DNA of 56,224 nt, the filler included, from Bipalium vagum (taxonomy: Eukaryota): the NCBI GenBank assembly GCA_037834085.1. It is 3 parts of 3 records of this genome, joined end to end, with 100 filler letters (N's around TTAATTAATTAA, not from the genome) between each part and the next. Parts side by side here need not be neighbours in the genome. Positions count along the whole stretch, not along the records: positions 40,540 to 56,224 come from JBBMKC010151691.1; 2 more parts are not named here. One strand, written 5' to 3'. The position numbers and the translations under genes are program-made. Shown piece after piece: positions 50,701-56,224 of this stretch (within the stretch, counting starts at the first letter, position 1; every line of letters starts with the position of its first letter). Below the pieces are notes generated by a model. That model was not told the DNA's origin, did not search any database, and worked only from the letters and a program-made list of their open reading frames with translations.

Positions 50701-53700
50701 GTGGAAAACAAATATAGAACTAGATTCCGAAATAGATTTAACAGACAAAAAATTACTGAATTCTTTTCTTACCTGTTTAATAATATCAAAAGTAATAAAT
50801 TATCTTTTTTTCTTTAATTGAGTTTTATCTATATTTTCCTTATTTTAAATTCTTTGTAAATATGAATATTTAAACAAAACTATATCATATATTTATTACA
50901 TATATTTATGAATAGCTATTAGTATATTTATGCATAAAAGTGTAATATGAAATATTATTGTAAGTGCTTTATTTTATATTTATTATATTATATTTATCTA
51001 TTTTCATTTATTTTCCTTATATTATTTTATTATTATATATTCATTATTCTAAATTATTCTTCAATATTTAATATTTTTTATGCTTTAAATACTAATTTCG
51101 TGACTGGTTAATAAATTATTGAAATTATCTAATTTCGAGTTGATTTTACAATATATTTATTTGCATTTCTTTTAATATATATTAAATAATAATGACAAAA
51201 AATATTTTTAAACCAAATCAATAGTTGTGGGAATTGTATTAGAGGATAAAAGCTTTGAAAAAATACAAAAAGGGCTAGAAAACATGTTTCAATTATGATT
51301 CTAACATAAAATTTTCTGCATTTTTAGTGAAAGAGAAAATAAAAAGGTAACTTCTAATGCAAATATATAATTGTAATAAGAATTATCAAAAAAGTTAAAT
51401 TAATTTTTTGAAATAATTCTGATAATGAATTCATTAATCTTAGAGAGTACTTTTGAAAATTTCTGAAAAATCTTATATTGACAAATATGAGGGCAGTCTG
51501 AAAAACCATTCGTAAGCACCGGTCTTGTAACTTCTCAGACATTCCAAATGCTATTGATAGCTCTCAAAGGTAAGCGCTCAAAGAATTCTTGATAGTGAAC
51601 AATTCAAACTTGTCCAAGGGAAAATGTGTCCGATATATATTATATTAATTAATTATATTATGTGCGAAAAGGATTTCAGTTATGTATATACAAAATCTGC
51701 AAGAAGTATTCGTACGATCATTTCATTTATAAAATATTTCGATTTATAAAGCAGTATGACACTTATTGAAAAATCTAAAATCTAATCTACAGCATATTAA
51801 TCTATAAGTATCAAATAGCTAAAAGATAAAAAATATATTTTCAAAAATCTATGGACTTAGGTTTGGAAAACACAAGAAATGAAGACCACAATAATTATTC
51901 GTAAGATTATATTTATGATATATAAACAAAAAAGTATTAAATGTCCCTGTCATGTCTACTATTTTATTGGTCTTCCTTTCCTATTAAGCATCATTTGGCA
52001 TCTATTAGGCATTGATTAGGCAAGTTTTTTGCAAAAACCAGATTGAATTTTCTGCCATTCTTCTATGAGACATGCTTTTTTATGAGACATGATAATTTTC
52101 TTAGAAATGAAAGGTTGATTCTTCGTCATTCGATCATGTAAACCTATCTCTCTCTGTCGGTTTCTGATATTTGATGATGAGACAATTATATTATTTAACT
52201 TATTCAATTGTATAGACAATGCAGCCCCCAACGCACGCCAATTCTTTTTGTCGCATCTCTGAATAATCCGATCTTCCCTGACAGTTGTTATTCTTCGCCG
52301 ACCACTTCAAGGTAAAGATAAGAGGGCCCCTCACGGAAATATTTATTCACAATGGATTGACTTTATTGACTTTAAACATTGCAACATTGTGGAGATCTGA
52401 CCAAAGCTGATTCCATCATTTCTTAATTTTAGAATTGCATTTCTGTAATCAGCTGAGTGTTCTTTTGATATAGGTCCCATTATAAATTTTTAAGAAATTG
52501 GAGTTCATTCAGATTACATGTTTTTATGATGTAAAATTAATAATAAGTTAATAATAACTATTTATTTTTATTTTAAATATATTAATCAATAAATATTATT
52601 AAAACAAAATGATATTAACAATGCTGTTAGAATACAAATATTTGCATAAATTTTATTTTGTTTTATAATAAAATTTTATAAACAGGTTTGTTAAATGCAA
52701 GAAGTTACATCAGTACAGCATATAAATATTTTGTTTCATTTCATTAGTTTCTTTCTCGATTCTAAATCTTACTTTTATTATGAAAATGTGATCGCACGAA
52801 TACTTTTTTCAGATAGCTTAAGATAGTTTTAAAAATGCTCAGTTTTTAGAATTAATTCTATCAATCATTTAAAACAGCATTTCTGGTTTATAAAATTATC
52901 AAAATGTGAAAGAGATCTTAATGATAAAATCTTAAAACGAATGGTTAACGTTAACCAATGTGGAACTATAGGAGTAAGACCTACAGGTATGCATCCATTT
53001 CCCATTAATTTTAATGAGATTGTGAAAGATTATTAAAAGGAAGCCACAACAAATTCACTGATATTTTGTATCAAAAGATTCTTATTTTAAATGAACTAAT
53101 AAAACTTGGTTACCATTAGTGATAAGGGTCGATTAGCTTCACAGTTAATATGAACTTTTACTTAACATATAAGAATATTCAACTAATAGTTTATAAAATA
53201 TATTAAATAAATATAAATAAAATGAAATACTAAATTAGCAGAAAAAAATGTTTCAGAATTAGATAAAAATCCAAACCAGGTTGAAAACAAGTTTTAAAAA
53301 TTACAAAAATATTTTTTTTTAAAATCAAATATAAATAAAAAAGAAAATACTCTGTGAAAACAGCTCTCCAATGGTCACTTATTACGGATAATTAATGAAT
53401 AATAAAATGATTAATTAAAATTAATAGAATAAAAATAATTAATTATTCATTTCAATTTCAGTTCCTGTGAGAAATTAATAAAAAATTGGAACTAATTTCA
53501 CTAATTAAAAAAATTTAGCAAAAATAAATAAAATTTAATAAATAATAATTTGTTCAATTTTTTTGAAATATTTTTAATTATGTATGTGATTTTAAAGGAA
53601 AATTAGTCAAAAATTTCAGGAATTAATTATCCACCATTAACTGAAGTCAATTTCATATAAACCATGATCCCGATCGGCATTTCCCAAGTCCTTAATCCAG

Positions 53701-54687
53701 TTCTCCTGTGCCTCGACCTGCAACGAATTCACTTAATAATGATTTCAATATTTTTAATTAGTGGGCAATTGTTTGGGATCAGTGGTAAAGTTTGCCCAAT
53801 TTTCTTTGCTTTTTCAAAACAGCGAAAATTTACTGAAAACATCGACGAAGAAATAAATTTATGCAAGTATCGAAGGTGATGAACAAAATACAAAAGATTT
53901 TAATTATTATTTGAAGAATGGGAATTTAATTATTTTCTGTTAAATTTTTTATTAAAATAATAATAAAAGATTTATTAGAAAAATATGACAAAAAATCAAT
54001 TTATTTTTATATAAATATATTTCGATAAAATGTGTTAAATAAAATATGAAAATAAATATTGGTTTAATTAAATTTAATTAAATTTTGTTAAGGTAAATTA
54101 ATTTAAAATTATTAGTAATTTTATTGGTAATTTTTTAATTTCCAACTTTTATTAATTAATCAATAAAGGAAGAAATAAAAATGAAAAGGTGATATCTAAT
54201 TTTCTTTACTGTTATTTTATATTCTTCTTACAGGTGACTTTTCACATAAAATATGGAAAAATAATAATAAAAAGAAAAAGACTTTACGAAATACGTAAAT
54301 TTCCAATTTTATAATCTTGCTTGTAAAATGACTCCCCGAAAAGTGCTTGTAAAAATATAAAGCTAAATAAATATTTATATAATTAAATCATTTTATGAAC
54401 AAAATGAAATTTGTGATTCATCTTCATCTTCATCATCATCATCATCATTTTGTATCGGAATTCGTCTGAAGGAGGCTTATCATTATTTATAAAAGGAATT
54501 GTCAAAATAATTCAAAGGAAAGATTTACGATAAAATCAATTCAAGCTTACATCTGTCATATAGCCATTTGTCAAATCGAACATTTGGGTAGATCCCGCAC
54601 TTTGTCCAAGATATGTAGAGATAGTTTGACTTCTTTTCGGTCCACGGTAGGGAGAGAAAATCTCATTTACTGGTGAACAAGAATGTC
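47732..54687 (-). CDS. 3' exons of an unidentified protein (disordered tail ending in class I PDZ-binding motif -VTYV)
   Basis: Phase-compatible AG/GT-bounded exons 54687-54551 (HSCSPVNEIFSPYRGPKRSQT...GYMTD), 49825-49705 (PNSRMQLDGDNCDLP...RYYTSS) and 48273-47732 (LCRPNPPWSTDGSMEF...HPDYPVTYV*). They are GC-elevated relative to flanks. Linkage of the 54.6-kb exon is less certain. Confidence 0.65.
48480..48830 (+). mobile_element. hAT transposase C-terminal dimerisation-domain relic
   Basis: DLSKIVLSFPATLIAVERAFSDLQFI matches the hAT PATSxxxERxFS motif. Confidence 0.7.
51660..52830 (-). mobile_element. Tc1-like element, internally deleted, with inverted repeats
   Basis: ATG at 52480: MGPISKEHSADYRNAILKLRNDGISFGQIS, then RRRITTVREDRII and IRNRQREIGL. 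Inverted repeat pair ATCTGCAAGAAGTATTCGTACGATCA (~51695-51720) and TGATCGCACGAATACTTTTTTCAGAT (~52789-52815). Confidence 0.8.
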
Positions 54688-56224
54688 CTATGTGAATGGA
54701 AAAAAATCAAAGCCAATTCATTTTCTCGAATAAAATTAATTTTATTATTATCGCTTTTATTAATTTATGGAAATTCTTGATTCTTCTAATTGAATTATCC
54801 TTCATCTTCGTCTGTTATAGTGATAATATTGATAACAATATCGTGGCACATATGTATTAGAATTTGATCAAAATAATTTATCATATCAATATGAAAATAT
54901 AAAAATCGTCATTTTATCAATAAGAGACAAGTTAAATCTAATTTAGAATGGTTTCAAAGGCTTTCGTGATTCTATTTTCATAGTTAATAATATACAATGA
55001 TTAAGTTCGAAAGATTTTACATGAAGTGTATAAGAATTATTGATCCTTGATATTTTAATAAAAAAATACTAGATAGTAAGTGTCAATGACAATTCTTGAA
55101 ATATGGCGCTGAATGTTGTTATATATTAACATAACTTCTTTGTATTTGCAACATGATCTTGTCGCTTTCTCTCAATTCATGATTTCAATGAATCATTTGA
55201 TGTTGTTATCGAATGTTAGTAGCTGTTACTTCTGGTTTCAGTAGTTCAAATTAGAGAAAACCGTTCAGGTAATAACTCTTTCTATGAAAATACAATTTTA
55301 TTATGTTGGGAGACCTTGATTTTTTACATGACCTTTCAAGATTACAATTGTTAGAATTAATCTAATTTTCATCTCCAGTAACTTTATTTATATCAAGAAA
55401 ATTTTTAGAAGTTTCTTTTGTATTTTAGAGAAAAATATTTAAATCATCAAAGATGGAAAAAGTAAAATGCTGTAGTACTTTTTATAAAATTGTAACATAA
55501 TAATATGTTAAGATAATTCTTAAAATTACTACAGATAAACAAATTGTAATAATTTCTTTATTAAAATATGTTTCTGTTAATTTATTAAAATAGTTTCTGA
55601 TGTCATAAAATTGATTTATGGAAAGAAAATTCTAGGAATATTATTTAAATTACCAAATATAAAATATATATTGCACAAAAAATAAAAATAAATGATTTAA
55701 TATGGATTTTAAGACACATAAATTTATTAATGAACAAAAAATGCCTAGGGTTAAAATATAGAAAACCCAGGTAATATCCAGAAATGTTAAAAATGATTAA
55801 TAATACAAAATATAGAAATTAAGAAAGATTTATTGATGAATAACTTTTAAAGAAAAAACATTTTTTTCATATTTCTATAAATAAAATTTTAAAAAGAATT
55901 CTTAAAAATTAAGATAAAAGCTTAATCAAAAATACTTTTTTGTTTTACTAAAAATATTTAATCTTAATGGGTAAATCTTAACATTAAAACAAGGCCATTA
56001 AAACATTATATTTATTAAGAATTATAAATTATAAATTTAGAAATATATTTTTGTTTTATTGCAGAAAATTACATATGACCAGTATTACTGTCCCTTCGTC
56101 GTAATGGTCTTTCTTGAGAAAAAAAGAAAGAAAATATAAATAATTACCAGGTTGAGTCAAAAGTTATTAGCGTTTTTTTTAATAAATTGAAATTGTTTTA
56201 CTGCTTCATTATTACTATATTTTT

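Noticed and set aside
54380-54475. Acidic DDDDDEDEDE or poly-Met exon on the minus strand
   Set aside because: It is a (CAT)n-type microsatellite. The acidic frame is out of phase with the upstream donor, so its exon status is unsupported.
1-56224. Prokaryotic systems (CRISPR array, operon, defence island, prophage)
   Set aside because: Genes are spliced metazoan genes. No repeat-spacer arrays or bacterial ORFs were seen, and the tandem repeats lack unique spacers.
1-56224. Alternative genetic code or stop readthrough
   Set aside because: All reconstructed genes are open under the standard code once short introns are removed. Stops in the transposon relics come with frameshifts, indicating decay.

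Overview
This window is AT-rich eukaryotic (metazoan) genomic DNA, not prokaryotic. It is three segments (1-17093, 17194-40439, 40540-56224) joined by identical artificial 100-nt spacers (44 N + TTAATTAATTAA + 44 N), so adjacency across the spacers may not be real. Genes are spliced (GT-AG) and mix many 43-80 nt introns with kb-scale, transposon-filled ones. With the C-type-lectin/PAN gene and the many mariner relics, this suggests a flatworm such as a planarian (inference only). Segment 1: four internal exons of a GAF-domain cyclic nucleotide phosphodiesterase (PDE5/11-like, +), with introns holding Ty3/gypsy, mariner and Tc1 relics and a tRNA-derived element. Segment 2: a complete 13-exon LAP gene (LRR + LAPSD + one PDZ; Erbin/Densin/LET-413 type, ~959 aa, -), a secreted C-type lectin + PAN/apple protein (-), a secreted PAN-domain protein with an unrecognised C-terminus (+), and a divergent ASCC1-like KH + 2H-phosphoesterase gene whose two HxT motifs are both altered (-). 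Segment 3: 3' exons of an unidentified gene ending in a PDZ-binding motif (-VTYV*), plus decayed Tc1/mariner, maT-like and hAT elements. Most ORFs in the supplied track are spurious, antisense or exon fragments. I found no convincing new multi-gene system. The best leads are the degenerate ASCC1-like protein and the two PAN-domain secreted proteins.
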